DNA from: an uncultured delta proteobacterium
Lineage (GTDB): Bacteria; Desulfobacterota; Binatia; UBA9968
Assembly (NCBI GenBank): GCA_963771465.1
Contig: CAVYTU010000007.1
Coordinates: 75,223 to 139,222, forward strand
Length of the DNA stretch: 64,000 nucleotides
Direction of reading: 5' to 3'
Shown: positions 19,702-32,511 of the stretch, piece by piece
Position numbering within the stretch: position 1 is the stretch's first letter
Layout: each line of letters begins with the position of its first letter
Translations under genes and position numbers: made by a program
Notes under the pieces: model-generated
Seen by the model: only the letters and a program-made list of their open reading frames with translations
Databases searched by the model: none
Told to the model about the DNA's origin: nothing

Positions 19702-20394
19702 TCAATCGACAACTTCGGAGACGTAGTAGTCGATGAAGCGGCGGTGAACGTCAGGACGGCTTTCGTTTCGGGCCATCGCTTCGCATTCCTCTTTCGAGTG
19801 GACTTTTACCGGCCCGAGCGGCGCGGCCATGATTTGGAGCTTGGCGCTGCGCACTAAGTCTAAGCCGAGACGAAGCAGTTGATCCAAATTTGTCGCCACC
19901 ACCGTGCCGCCGTGGCCGCGTAGCAGCACGGCGACTTTATCGCCGAGGGTCTGTGCGACTTTGTCGCCGAGGGACTCGTTGCGAATCAGAACCGGCGAGT
20001 CGTAGATCGGTGTGCCGCGGTAAAACTGCACGCCGCAGTTGGCGATGACCTTTATTTCTTGTCCCGTGGCGGCGACGGCGATCACTTCATCGGCGTGATA
20101 ATGCAGAATACATTGGACATCGGCGCGCGCCTTGTAGATCGACGTGTGCATCGCGGTCTCGCCGTTGGGCTCGCCGAAGCCGTCGAGTTTGTTGCCGTCG
20201 GCGTCAAGGATGATTAAGTCCCGCACGGCGACTTTTCCCGGCGGCATATGCGGCGTGCTGAGTATGTGATCGTTGGGCAAACGCGCGGTGATATGGCCGT
20301 AGCCGTCAATCACGCCTTGATGTTGCAACACTTTGGCTACCATCACCATTTTATCTTTGAGTGCTTCCAACGGTTCGATCATGATCATCTCCAT
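19702..20394 (-). CDS. class II aldolase/adducin family protein
   Basis: GHITAR, E..MH..IY.AR.DV..ILHYH, LLRGHG. Confidence 0.88.
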   Translation of the reverse strand: MEMIMIEPLEALKDKMVMVAKVLQHQGVIDGYGHITARLPNDHILSTPHMPPGKVAVRDLIILDADGNKLDGFGEPNGETAMHTSIYKARADVQCILHYHADEVIAVAATGQEIKVIANCGVQFYRGTPIYDSPVLIRNESLGDKVAQTLGDKVAVLLRGHGGTVVATNLDQLLRLGLDLVRSAKLQIMAAPLGPVKVHSKEECEAMARNESRPDVHRRFIDYYVSEVVD

Positions 20395-20454
20395 TTGTTG
20401 TGTAACGCTTGGGTGGAATTGTGGTGAAAGCCGATCGACGGCAAAAACTTCAGC

Positions 20455-21297
20455 TCACTTTATGTTCGATTGTTTGAGAAAATCGTCGAACAACGTAGCC
20501 ATTTCGCCGGCCTTCTCGTCCCACTCTTCGCGCGGACTGAGCGCTTCGTCGTAGTGCTTGGGAAACAACACGTGCACCTCGCTGGTTTGCAACAGGCGGC
20601 CGAGGGTTTCGCCGGTCTGCCGCCCATGGGTGAGATCGTTTCCTGGGACGATACACGCTGGAACTTTGATCGAGCGCAGATCGGCTTCCGTCGCGCCAAT
20701 GACCGGTAGGTCGGCGCCTTTGAGAAAATAATCGCGCCAGCGTGACATCACCTCGATGAAGCGCGCCGGCGCCATTTTCATGAGCGCGTCGCGGTTCTCC
20801 GGGCGGGCTCGGATTCTTTCCTGCCAATGTTCCATTTCGCACACGGCGGCCATGCCGCCGGCTTTGGCGGCGGTGATGAACTGGCCGTAGTATTCTTCCG
20901 CCAAGCGCTCACAGGCGAAGCGGCCGCCGGTGACACGCCAGAGTAAAAGAGCGCGCACGCTCTCGGGATGGCGCAGCGCGAATAACAGAGCGGTGCGGCA
21001 ACCGGAAGAACTGCCGCCAACAATGGCGGGCAGCGCGCCGAGTTGATTGAGCAACTCGTGGATGTCATCGGCCCAGATCTCGTACTCCGAGTCATTACCG
21101 TCGATGACAACATCGGAGGCGCCGGTGTTGCGCCGGTCGAAGATGACTACGCGGTAGCCCTTCTCCGCAACTTTGCCTGCTAACAGTTCGATGCCGCTGA
21201 TATCGCGCCGGCCGCCGGGCGAGAGCGCGACCCACGGGCCGCTGTTGCCGAGAACCTTATAGTTCATGCTAACGCCGCGAACCTTTGCGATGGGCAT
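20455..21297 (-). CDS. alpha/beta hydrolase
   Basis: DRRNTGAS, nucleophile elbow GSSSG, AGGAGG RBS. Confidence 0.85.
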   Translation of the reverse strand: MPIAKVRGVSMNYKVLGNSGPWVALSPGGRRDISGIELLAGKVAEKGYRVVIFDRRNTGASDVVIDGNDSEYEIWADDIHELLNQLGALPAIVGGSSSGCRTALLFALRHPESVRALLLWRVTGGRFACERLAEEYYGQFITAAKAGGMAAVCEMEHWQERIRARPENRDALMKMAPARFIEVMSRWRDYFLKGADLPVIGATEADLRSIKVPACIVPGNDLTHGRQTGETLGRLLQTSEVHVLFPKHYDEALSPREEWDEKAGEMATLFDDFLKQSNIK

Positions 21298-21327
21298 GGC
21301 ATCCTCCTTTTATTACGCAGCGACCAT

Positions 21328-21440
21328 AACCCATTTGCGACGGGCGGTTCAATTGGCAAGCGAAGTTCGCGGGCCATTGGAACAGCTTGGCAACCCGACA
21401 AATTGACTTGCAACCGCACCGTTGGGTGTCTTCACCTTTC
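21328..21440 (-). ncRNA. candidate structured element, copy A (homologous to 26526-26708)
   Basis: 21374-21435 matches 26620-26682 at 52/63 positions; self-complementary arms. Confidence 0.4.
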
Positions 21441-21676
21441 CTGGCCCGCGTTTCAATCCGGCCCAAGCTTACTGGGCTTGGCTAGGAATTAGCATGTCAC
21501 GAATTATCTTGACGCCATTTCCGGCTCGGGCTAATAGTCTTGGTAATTACAGCTTTGGATTTTACGGTTCGCGCTGCATCATCGACCGCACTGCTACGAC
21601 GCACCCGCACTGCCGATAGAACTATTGAATCGGAACTGCTGAAATCAATGATAGTGATAGTCGATTACTTTCAACC

Positions 21677-22700
21677 ATGAGACTTCGTTCTCACGTCTTA
21701 ATCATCGCCGCCGCGACGCTGCTGCCGATCGTCGCCATCGTGTCTCTTGCGGTGGTTTTGCTTTTCCAAAAACAGCGCGACCTCGAGCTCGATCGTTTGG
21801 TAGACACAGCGCGGGCGCTGTCGCTGGCGGTCGATCGAGACTTCGAAACCGGCTTGGCGTCGCTAAAAACGCTAGCGACGAGCGAGCACCTACAAGCCGG
21901 AGATCTCCGGACATTTTACGACGAGTCTAAGCGCGTGCTCGCGGTCCACGAGGGCCCGAATGCGATCATTTTAGTCGATCCTTCAGGACGGCAAGTCATT
22001 AACACGCGCCGCCCATTCGGCGAGGCGTTGCCCCAATACGGCGATCCGGGTTTCATCGAGCAGTTGGTCAAAAGCCGCCGGCCCGCTGTATCGAACCTGT
22101 TTATGGGGCGCATCATTAAAAGGCCGATGCTTTCGGTCGGTGTCCCCGTGATGCTTGACGGTCAGGTCAAATACGCGTTGACGCTGAGTCTATCGCCGGG
22201 TTCTTTGCAACAACTCTTGGCACAAGGGGCGATCGCGGCCGATTCTTTGGCGACAATCATTGACGGTAACAAATCTATCGTCGCCAGAACCCAGGAACTC
22301 GAAAAGTTTTTTGGTAAACCCGCCGATCCGATCGTGTTCGCGCACACCGCAGAAAGCCCTGAGGGATGGCGGTTCGTTCCGCGTCAACATAGTGGAGGCG
22401 TCGAATCCTCGTATGCGGCGCATCGCCGCTCTGAATTCTCTGGCTGGACGGTGGTTATTGGAGTGCCGACAGCTAAGGTCAACGCGCTATTTTGGCAAGC
22501 TTTGCAATTTATCGGCGGCGGCATCGTAGTTCTTTTGGGCGTCGCGCTCGGTCTAGCCGCAGTATTCGGGCGGCGCATCATCTCATCCATCACAGCCCTC
22601 GCCGCTGGAGCCAAAGCATTGGGCTCCAGGGATACCGTGTCGATCGTGCCCTCGGCCATATTCGAAATCGATCAGGTAAGACAAGCGATCGGGGCGAAAA
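21677..22700 (+). pseudogene. truncated Cache-domain sensor (histidine kinase N-terminus only)
   Basis: TM-Cache-TM-partial HAMP (SAIFEIDQVRQAI), then non-homologous read-through into acnA; no HisKA/HATPase or other output domain. Confidence 0.7.
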
Positions 22701-22830
22701 CACTGTCCTCTATCCTCCATCGTCGATCTTCGACCCGGTTCTCATTAAACTGTCGCAGCGCTCCCTGTTGCTTTATCGTCCCACGATCGCTACAAAATAA
22801 AGCCTACCCATCTTTACGTAAGGAGCGCTC

Positions 22831-25524
<2,694 letters not shown>

Positions 25525-25660
25525 AAAATCATTTGCGAATTGCACGAAATTCGTGACGACAAGAAGAGAAGCGCTGGCGACGTTAGGGAAGGGTTCGCTG
25601 GCGTTTTTTTTTGCCAATTCATTTTTTCGCGGCGCTGGGCGTGCCGCTGAGGGGACGGCC

Positions 25661-26470
25661 ATGAGCACACCGGCGTATATCGGCAAATTCACCGCCAACA
25701 ATCCCGGCATCATGACGCTGCAAGGGACCAACCAGTATATCGTCGGCAAAGAGAGGGGTCTGGTGATCGACGTGGCGTTGAGCGCCGACTCGAACATGGA
25801 CGGCATTCTCGAACAGGCCGAAGCGATGGGGGTGAAAAAAATCGACAAGATTTTGCTAACCCATATCCACAGTGACCACACCGGCGGCGCGCTGGCGCTG
25901 CGCAAACGATGCGGCGCTAAACTCGGCATTCACCGGTCGCGCAAAGGCTATCTCGGCGGCGAAGATTTTCAATACGACGACAACGACCGGATCGATTTCG
26001 GCGCCGGCGAACTCAATGTCTTGCACACGCCGGGCCATGAGTCGGGCCACTGCTGCTTTTACGAAGGCGGCGATAAGGTGTTGTTCAGCGGCGATAACAT
26101 TCTCGGCTACGGCACCGCGGTGATTCATCCGCCCGACGGTAACATGACCGACTATATGCAGACCTTGGAACGGCTGCTCGGAATTGAAATGAGTCTGATC
26201 CTGCCCGGCCACGGACCGCTGATAGGCAAGCCGGAGGCGAAGATTCGCGAATATATCAAGCATCGGCTTGCGCGCGAGGGGCAGGTGTTAGGCGCGCTGC
26301 GCAACGGCCGCAACAGCATCGGCGATATTACCGACGCGATCTACGTCGACGTCTCAGCGGCGCTCAAGCGGGTGGCGGAGTTTTCCGTGCAGGCTCACCT
26401 GGAAAAGTTGCAACGCGAAGGCAAGGTTAAAAAAGAAGGCGCGCGTTATCTGCTAGTAAGTGATCTTTGA
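25661..26470 (+). CDS. metallo-beta-lactamase fold hydrolase (LACTB2-like, C-terminal winged helix)
   Basis: NPG.MTL.GTN, THIHSDH, TPGH, FSGD, PGHG; possible earlier GTG start at 25553 would add a twin-arginine-like leader. Confidence 0.88.
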   Translation: MSTPAYIGKFTANNPGIMTLQGTNQYIVGKERGLVIDVALSADSNMDGILEQAEAMGVKKIDKILLTHIHSDHTGGALALRKRCGAKLGIHRSRKGYLGGEDFQYDDNDRIDFGAGELNVLHTPGHESGHCCFYEGGDKVLFSGDNILGYGTAVIHPPDGNMTDYMQTLERLLGIEMSLILPGHGPLIGKPEAKIREYIKHRLAREGQVLGALRNGRNSIGDITDAIYVDVSAALKRVAEFSVQAHLEKLQREGKVKKEGARYLLVSDL

Positions 26471-26525
26471 TTTTCGAGACTTGTTACGGCCTGCTGAACC
26501 CGAATCGCGCAGTTGAAATTGAATC

Positions 26526-26708
26526 AGCGAACGAGGCGCAAACCTTCCGTAGTGAAGACAATGGGCTGTGGCTCTGAGCAAGTAACTGAGATCGTTGTCC
26601 AGCGAGCGATACTTGGTCACCATTGGAGCGGCTTGCCAGCCCGGTAAAATGACTTTGCAACCGCAGCGTTGAGTATCTTCACTACTCCAGATTCGCGCCT
26701 CGCTCGGC
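26526..26708 (-). ncRNA. candidate ~180-nt rod-shaped structured RNA or MITE, copy B
   Basis: Terminal arms 26532-26560 and 26674-26702 are complementary; their mismatches are G-U pairs when read on the minus strand. Confidence 0.5.
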
Positions 26709-26716
26709 GTAAGCAA

Positions 26717-28090
26717 TCACTTCAACTGGGGAACTCGAGCTGAATCGAATCGAAGCGCCATCGATTCGGGCTCGATCTCTAAATCTCTCCACGCTGCTTC
26801 GGCAACGGTGCTCAATCGATGGGCCGCCACGCCGCTTAAAAGCATTACAACGGGACCTTTGATTTGCAGCGTTACGCCGTCGCCATTGCGAAGACGAGCG
26901 CTGAGCGACGGCGCGATTTTGTCCGCCGACGCGTCGAAGCGGGTGCGCTGGCGATTTTCCAGCACTGCGCGATAGCCACGCTGGAAGGCGGCGGCATCTT
27001 GCTCTGATTTCCAGGTGCTGAACCAAACCGTGACGAAGTTCTCGCCGTCTTGAAACGCATAGAGCTGATCGCCGCGCCAGGAAGACGCGATCACGCTGGC
27101 GAGTTTCGCCGGCAATTCGGTTGCGATCATGGCGCGCAGCAGATATTCGCCGATCGTTTGCTCGACGAGCGGGCGGTCTTTCATGGCGCGGATAAGGCCC
27201 GCGGGAAAAAAAACTGACGGTGCTTCAAGTAAAGCAAAATAATTTTCCGGGTGGAGGATTTGCGCGGTCGATAGCGGTGGATTGGCGTAGAGCGCGCTGA
27301 CTCCTTGCCAGCCTTTGGCCTTGAGCGCCCAGAGCGCAAACTGGCTGCCTTCCCGATAGGGAAGTAAAAGTCTGTGGCGCAGATAGTCGGGCAGGCGTGC
27401 CGCCGACTTTTCCAGCTCCAGCGCGAAGGTGCCGGCGTTTTGCAAGTCGACGCCGGAGAGTGCGTCGATATTTTTTCCAGCACTGCGGGCGATCACCGTA
27501 AGCGCGGCATCGCCGGTCGCCAAAGCGCGAAACGCCAAGCGGCGATCCTCCAAGTTGAGCGCGCTAGTTTTTCCCTGCCATTGAAAGTTCTGCTCGTGCA
27601 ACGCCATGATGATGGCGAAGCCGAGCGGTGCTTCGCGTGCCGAGACAGGGTCGGAGATCCTGAAAGGCGCGCCAAGGACAGACGCGTTGGGCGCGAGCGC
27701 GACAGCCGCCGTCAATTCGTTGTAGGCGGCTAACCGTTCGAGCCGGCGATATTCGACGAGCGCCTTGCCGAGGTCGACGCCGTTGGGCAATAGCCCAATC
27801 GCGCTATAGGCGCTTTCGACATGGCGGGTTTGAAACGGCGCGTAATCGTCGTCGGCGGACTCGACTGGGTTATAATCCGTCAGCGTGATCTCGCGCTTCA
27901 ACGGCAGCTGGCGAAACTTGGCAATTTCCTGCGCCAGTGCGGCAAATTCGGTGGGTGTGGCTGACGGTGTGGCTCGCGGTTCAGAGGAAAGACAGCCGGC
28001 GATCGCGAGCATCAGTAGCGGCGTAAGTGGACGCGCCGTAAATCTGTGTAGACGCAGGCGCGGCGGGTATTTCGACCTCGGTTCATCCAC
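26717..28090 (-). CDS. hypothetical lipoprotein, zincin-like family with degenerate metal motif
   Basis: Lipobox LAIAGC; AL...QNF, AL.TGDA, PY.EG..F, PPLST.QILHPE.Y, W.GD motifs. Confidence 0.65.
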   Translation of the reverse strand: MDEPRSKYPPRLRLHRFTARPLTPLLMLAIAGCLSSEPRATPSATPTEFAALAQEIAKFRQLPLKREITLTDYNPVESADDDYAPFQTRHVESAYSAIGLLPNGVDLGKALVEYRRLERLAAYNELTAAVALAPNASVLGAPFRISDPVSAREAPLGFAIIMALHEQNFQWQGKTSALNLEDRRLAFRALATGDAALTVIARSAGKNIDALSGVDLQNAGTFALELEKSAARLPDYLRHRLLLPYREGSQFALWALKAKGWQGVSALYANPPLSTAQILHPENYFALLEAPSVFFPAGLIRAMKDRPLVEQTIGEYLLRAMIATELPAKLASVIASSWRGDQLYAFQDGENFVTVWFSTWKSEQDAAAFQRGYRAVLENRQRTRFDASADKIAPSLSARLRNGDGVTLQIKGPVVMLLSGVAAHRLSTVAEAAWRDLEIEPESMALRFDSARVPQLK

Positions 28091-28792
28091 CTATTTCTCC
28101 ATGATGATGACCGAATAGCCGGCTTGGCTCACTTGGCGCGCCTGTTCTTCGGCGGCACTGCGGCTGGGAAAAGTACCCAGATGCACTCGGTAGTACGTCA
28201 TGTCTTTCGATTGCAGCGGGCTGATCGCCACGTTGGTAAATGCTTTGGCGATGCGATCGCGCAGCTGTTGGGCATTTTCCAATTGAGCGAAGGAACCGAG
28301 TTGCAGCGTGTAGTCGAGGTTGGCGCGGATGGCGCTCAGCCGCACCGGGCTGTCGACAACGTCGATGCGCACGAGAGCCGTGCCTGGCCCGACCATATGG
28401 ATCGACTGTGCCGCGGCGTAGGAAAGATCGATGATTCTATTCTTGGCAAATGGGCCGCGGTCATTAACCAGGACTTGGGCGGCGGCGCCGTTTTCCAAGT
28501 TCGTCACCATCACTTTAGTGCCCAGGGGTAGAGTTTGATGGGCCGCAGTCATTTCATCCTGGTTATAAATTTCGCCGCTCGCCGTGGCTTTGCCGTGAAA
28601 GCCCGGCCCGTACCAGGAGGCGATGCCGGTTTGGCTGACGCGGCTCTCCGGCAAGGTCGGTGCCGGCACTCTAGATACGGGTACGGCGCAGCCGCTCAGA
28701 ACCGCCAGAAACGCAAAGCCGATCGCGCCACTGCGGCGAAGTTTTCGGTAAGCGGCGATGGCAAAAAAGCTGTCTATGATCGAGTGGTTCAT
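28091..28792 (-). CDS. rlpA: septal ring lytic transglycosylase RlpA family lipoprotein with SPOR domain
   Basis: Lipobox LSGC; GIASWYG.GFHG..TASGE, TAAH.TLP, VNDRGPF, RIIDLS; C-terminal SPOR (LQLGSF...NA). Confidence 0.92.
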   Translation of the reverse strand: MNHSIIDSFFAIAAYRKLRRSGAIGFAFLAVLSGCAVPVSRVPAPTLPESRVSQTGIASWYGPGFHGKATASGEIYNQDEMTAAHQTLPLGTKVMVTNLENGAAAQVLVNDRGPFAKNRIIDLSYAAAQSIHMVGPGTALVRIDVVDSPVRLSAIRANLDYTLQLGSFAQLENAQQLRDRIAKAFTNVAISPLQSKDMTYYRVHLGTFPSRSAAEEQARQVSQAGYSVIIMEK

Positions 28793-28966
28793 CGAGACGC
28801 GAGTATAACCAAAAGCCATTCGAGAGAAAAGTAAATTTCGGTGTTACCCAGCGGCTTAAGACAAAATTCTTCGGCTCGTTGTCGGTGTATGATCGGCTTG
28901 CTTGCCTATTTTACCCAAGCATGGGTTTGTGTTAGCTTACCGCTAACTTAATTGGGGAGTTGATGT

Positions 28967-29713
28967 ATGTCTGGTCATTCCAAATGGAGCACAATCAAGC
29001 ATAAGAAGGCTGCCAAGGATGCCAAGCGCGGCAAAATTTTCACCAAGCTGATTAAGGAACTCACCGTCGCGGCGCGCATGGGCGGCGGCGACATCAACGC
29101 CAATCCGCGGCTGCGTACCGCGGTGCTGACCGCGCGCGGCAATAGCATGCCGAGCGAAAATATCGACCGGGCTATCAAGAAAGGCACCGGCGAACTCGAA
29201 GGCGTTACCTATGAAGAAATCCAATACGAAGGCTACGGGCCGGGAGGCGCGGCGATCATCGCCCAAGTCTTGACCGACAATAAAAATCGCACGGTATCGG
29301 AAATTCGCCGGCTGTTTGCCAAGCACGGTGGTAACATGGGTGAGACTGGCTGTGTGTCCTGGATGTTTGAAAAGAAAGGTCTGATCACCGTCGAAAAATC
29401 CCAAGCCGACGAAGATCGCTTGATGAGTATCGTGCTCGACGCCGGCGCCGAGGACATTCGCGATGAAGGTGAGATTTTCGAGGTGGTCACTCAACCCGAG
29501 GATTTTCACACGGTCAAGGAACGCTTGGATCAGGAAAAAATTCCGGTTGCCAGCGCTCAGGTTACACTTCTACCGAAGAGTACCGTCGATATCGACGCAA
29601 AACACGCCGAGCAAATTCTCAAGCTGAGCGAAGAGTTGGAAGATCATGACGACGTGCAAAGCGTTTCCGCCAACTTCAATATTTCGGACGAACTGATGGA
29701 AAAGGCGAGTTAG
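28967..29713 (+). CDS. yebC: YebC/PmpR family protein
   Basis: [33 protein letters not shown]. Confidence 0.97.
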   Translation: MSGHSKWSTIKHKKAAKDAKRGKIFTKLIKELTVAARMGGGDINANPRLRTAVLTARGNSMPSENIDRAIKKGTGELEGVTYEEIQYEGYGPGGAAIIAQVLTDNKNRTVSEIRRLFAKHGGNMGETGCVSWMFEKKGLITVEKSQADEDRLMSIVLDAGAEDIRDEGEIFEVVTQPEDFHTVKERLDQEKIPVASAQVTLLPKSTVDIDAKHAEQILKLSEELEDHDDVQSVSANFNISDELMEKAS

Positions 29714-29718
29714 CCCCA

Positions 29719-30288
29719 TTGGCCGACGCTGGCAAAAAATCGCCGCCGCGAATCATCCTGGGAATCGATCCCGGCACCATGGCGACCGGTTGGGGAGTGG
29801 TTCAAGTGGTTGGCAACGCGCTGCGCCACATGGGCCACGGCACCATCAATTCATCGAGCGCGGAATCTCAGGCGCGCCGCTTACACCGTATCTACAATGA
29901 ACTTTCGAAAGTAGTCCGCGAATTCCGTCCGGATGGCGTCAGTCTCGAAAAGGTTTTCTTCGCTCTCAATGTGCAAAGCGCCTTGAAGCTCGGCCAGGCG
30001 CGCGGCATCGCGCTTCTGGCTGCCGCAGAGCAGGATGTCGAAGTGCACGAATATAGCGCCATGGAAATCAAGTCGGCCGTGGTGGGCTATGGTCACGCGA
30101 CCAAACAGCAGGTGCAAATGATGATTGGATCCCTGTTGAAGGTTTCGGGACGGGTGCCGACGGATGCCGCCGACGCCTTGGCTGCGGCGATCTGCCATCT
30201 CAATCGGCAAACTTTTGAATCCCGTGTTGCCGCCGCCGCGGCGAAAAAGCCGACGCCATTTCGGCCCCGTGACACGAGCGTGCGCTAG
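29719..30288 (+). CDS. ruvC: Holliday junction resolvase
   Basis: ILGIDPG, LGQARG, GYGHATKQQV, DAADALA. Confidence 0.96.
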   Translation: MADAGKKSPPRIILGIDPGTMATGWGVVQVVGNALRHMGHGTINSSSAESQARRLHRIYNELSKVVREFRPDGVSLEKVFFALNVQSALKLGQARGIALLAAAEQDVEVHEYSAMEIKSAVVGYGHATKQQVQMMIGSLLKVSGRVPTDAADALAAAICHLNRQTFESRVAAAAAKKPTPFRPRDTSVR

Positions 30289-30450
30289 AGCTGGCCGAAG
30301 ATATATAATAATTGAACTGGCGTGAATAGGCCGCAAAGGACGTAGAGCATTAAACCTAACTCCCTTCTTGGCGTCATGGTATCTTGGCGCGAGTAGTTCT
30401 TTCACTAGATTAAAATACTAAATCGTACTGCAGATGTTGTTGTACAGATC

Positions 30451-31047
30451 GTGATCGCACAAATTAGCGGCAAGCTCGCGCAAAAACAGCCCGGCGAAGT
30501 CGTCATCGACGTCGGCGGCGTCGGCTACCTGGTGTTTATTCCGCTCAACGTTTTTTACCGTTTGCCCGACATCGGTACGCCGATGAGCCTGCAGATTCAC
30601 ACCCATGTGCGTGAGGACGCGCTGCAGTTGTTCGGCTTTCACGATGTCGCCGAGAAACAGGTGTTTTTGCTGCTCACCGGCGTGTCCGGCATCGGCCCAA
30701 AGCTGGCGCTCAATATCTTGTCCGGGATAGCCGCCGAAGATTTGGCGCGGGCGCTAAAAAATGGCGACCAGGTGCGCTTGGTGGCGATTCCCGGGGTCGG
30801 CAGGAAACTCGCCGAGCGCATGATTGTCGAATTGAAGGATAAGTTCGCCACACTGGCGCCGGCGAGTATCGACAGCACGGTCAAGCCGGCGGCGTCATCG
30901 CAAAAGATGCAGGACGCGGTTTCCGCCTTGATCAATCTGGGATATAAAAAACCAGAAATCGAAATAACCGTCCGTGAAGTTCTCAAGAACGCCGAGCTGT
31001 CGCTGGAAGATGTTTTGCGCGAGACTTTGCGGCGGATGAGCCACTAG
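30451..31047 (+). CDS. ruvA: Holliday junction DNA helicase subunit A
   Basis: GVGY, HVRED, VSGIGPKLAL, PGVGRKLAER, ALINLGY. Confidence 0.96.
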   Translation: MIAQISGKLAQKQPGEVVIDVGGVGYLVFIPLNVFYRLPDIGTPMSLQIHTHVREDALQLFGFHDVAEKQVFLLLTGVSGIGPKLALNILSGIAAEDLARALKNGDQVRLVAIPGVGRKLAERMIVELKDKFATLAPASIDSTVKPAASSQKMQDAVSALINLGYKKPEIEITVREVLKNAELSLEDVLRETLRRMSH

Positions 31048-31101
31048 CGCAGTGAGTTGGCGCTGCTTTACATTGCAGGATGCTGAAAGATGATTTTGAC
31101 C

Positions 31102-31173
31102 TGTCACCCTGAACTAACTGAAGAGTCTCATGGAGTAGAAAAGGCGAGATTCTTTGTCTCGCTCAGAATGACG
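31102..31173. repeat. REP-like element (GTCATCCTGAGC...GCTCAGAATGAC type), degenerate
   Basis: tgtcaccctgaactaactgaagagtct ... agattctttgtctcgctcagaatgacg. Confidence 0.6.
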
Positions 31174-31230
31174 ATCGAAGTCAGGAGATTTTTGACGTGC
31201 TCTATATAGTCGAAAGAGTGTAAACAGACC

Positions 31231-32256
31231 ATGTTGGACGGGCACCAAACCGACGAAGACTCAGGATTCGATTTAAGCTTGCGTCCGCGCGGCTTTGACG
31301 AATACGTCGGCCAAGACCAGGTCAAAGAAAACCTCAAAGTCGCCATCGCCGCGGCGCGGGCGCGCGGCGATGTGCTCGATCATATTCTTTTTCACGGCCC
31401 GCCGGGGTTGGGCAAAACCTCCATCGCCTATATCATCGCGCGCGAAATGGGCGTCAATATCAAAGCCACTTCGGGGCCGATCATTGAGCGCGCCGGCGAC
31501 TTGGCCGCGCTGCTGACCAATCTCGACGAAGGCGATGTGCTGTTCATCGACGAAATCCATCGCCTCAATCATGTCGTCGAAGAAGTGCTCTATCCGGCCA
31601 TGGAGGACTATGAGATCGACATCATGGTCGGCCAGGGACCGGCGGCGAAGTCGATCAAGTTGCCGCTGAAAAAATTTACTCTAATCGGCGCCACCACGCG
31701 CTCGGGCTTGCTCACTTCGCCGCTGCGCGATCGCTTTGGCCAGAGTTTCCGTTTGGATTTCTACGATGCGATTTCCTTAGCGCACATTCTCAAACGTTCG
31801 GCTGCGATCCTCGGCGTCAAGGAAGACCAAGACGGCATCGCCGAGATCGCTTGCCGTTCGCGTGGCACGCCGCGCATCGCCAATCGCTTGCTGCGCCGGG
31901 TGCGCGACTACGCCCAGGTCAAAAGCACTGGGACAATCACCAAGGCGGTGACCGAAGAAGCGCTGCTCATGTTGCAAGTTGACCGCATAGGTTTGGACAA
32001 GATGGATACGTTGCTGCTGTTAACTTTGATCGATAAGTTTGCCGGCGGTCCGGTGGGCGTCGAAACTTTGGCCGCAGCCATCGGCGAAGAGAAAGACACC
32101 ATCGAAGATGTCTACGAGCCGTTTCTGATTCAAGCCGGTTTCATTCAGCGCACGCCGCGCGGGCGCATGGCGACCGTCTTGGCTTACGATCACTTCGGGC
32201 GCAAGCCAAGAGCCGCCCCAAGTGATCCGGCGAAAAAACAGCCGAGTCTGTTTTGA
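31231..32256 (+). CDS. ruvB: Holliday junction DNA helicase subunit B
   Basis: [34 protein letters not shown]. Confidence 0.97.
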   Translation: MLDGHQTDEDSGFDLSLRPRGFDEYVGQDQVKENLKVAIAAARARGDVLDHILFHGPPGLGKTSIAYIIAREMGVNIKATSGPIIERAGDLAALLTNLDEGDVLFIDEIHRLNHVVEEVLYPAMEDYEIDIMVGQGPAAKSIKLPLKKFTLIGATTRSGLLTSPLRDRFGQSFRLDFYDAISLAHILKRSAAILGVKEDQDGIAEIACRSRGTPRIANRLLRRVRDYAQVKSTGTITKAVTEEALLMLQVDRIGLDKMDTLLLLTLIDKFAGGPVGVETLAAAIGEEKDTIEDVYEPFLIQAGFIQRTPRGRMATVLAYDHFGRKPRAAPSDPAKKQPSLF

Positions 32257-32295
32257 GGTTGATGACATTGGACTGCCTCATCGAGCGTTGACGCG

Positions 32296-32508
32296 ATGGC
32301 CGGCTTGGGTAAGATCTTAATTTATCTCGGTCTCCTGTTGATCGTCATTGGCATAATTCTCACTCTCGCCGGCAAGTTGCCGTGGCTCGGCCGTTTGCCG
32401 GGTGACATTGCAATTGAGCGCGACAACTTTTCTTTTTATTTTCCGATCGCGACTTCGATCCTCGTCAGCGTGATCATCTCGCTTGTCCTTTACTTCTTGA
32501 GAAGGTAA
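32296..32508 (+). CDS. DUF2905 family small membrane protein
   Basis: WLGRLPGDI, FYFPI.TS; usual position after ruvB. Confidence 0.88.
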   Translation: MAGLGKILIYLGLLLIVIGIILTLAGKLPWLGRLPGDIAIERDNFSFYFPIATSILVSVIISLVLYFLRR

Positions 32509-32511
32509 GCT

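Noticed and set aside
21269-21466. Small ORFs sharing EDTQRCGCK (also 26453-26716) as a peptide family
   Set aside because: A 1-nt indel breaks the shared frame just after the motif; conservation is at the nucleotide/structure level
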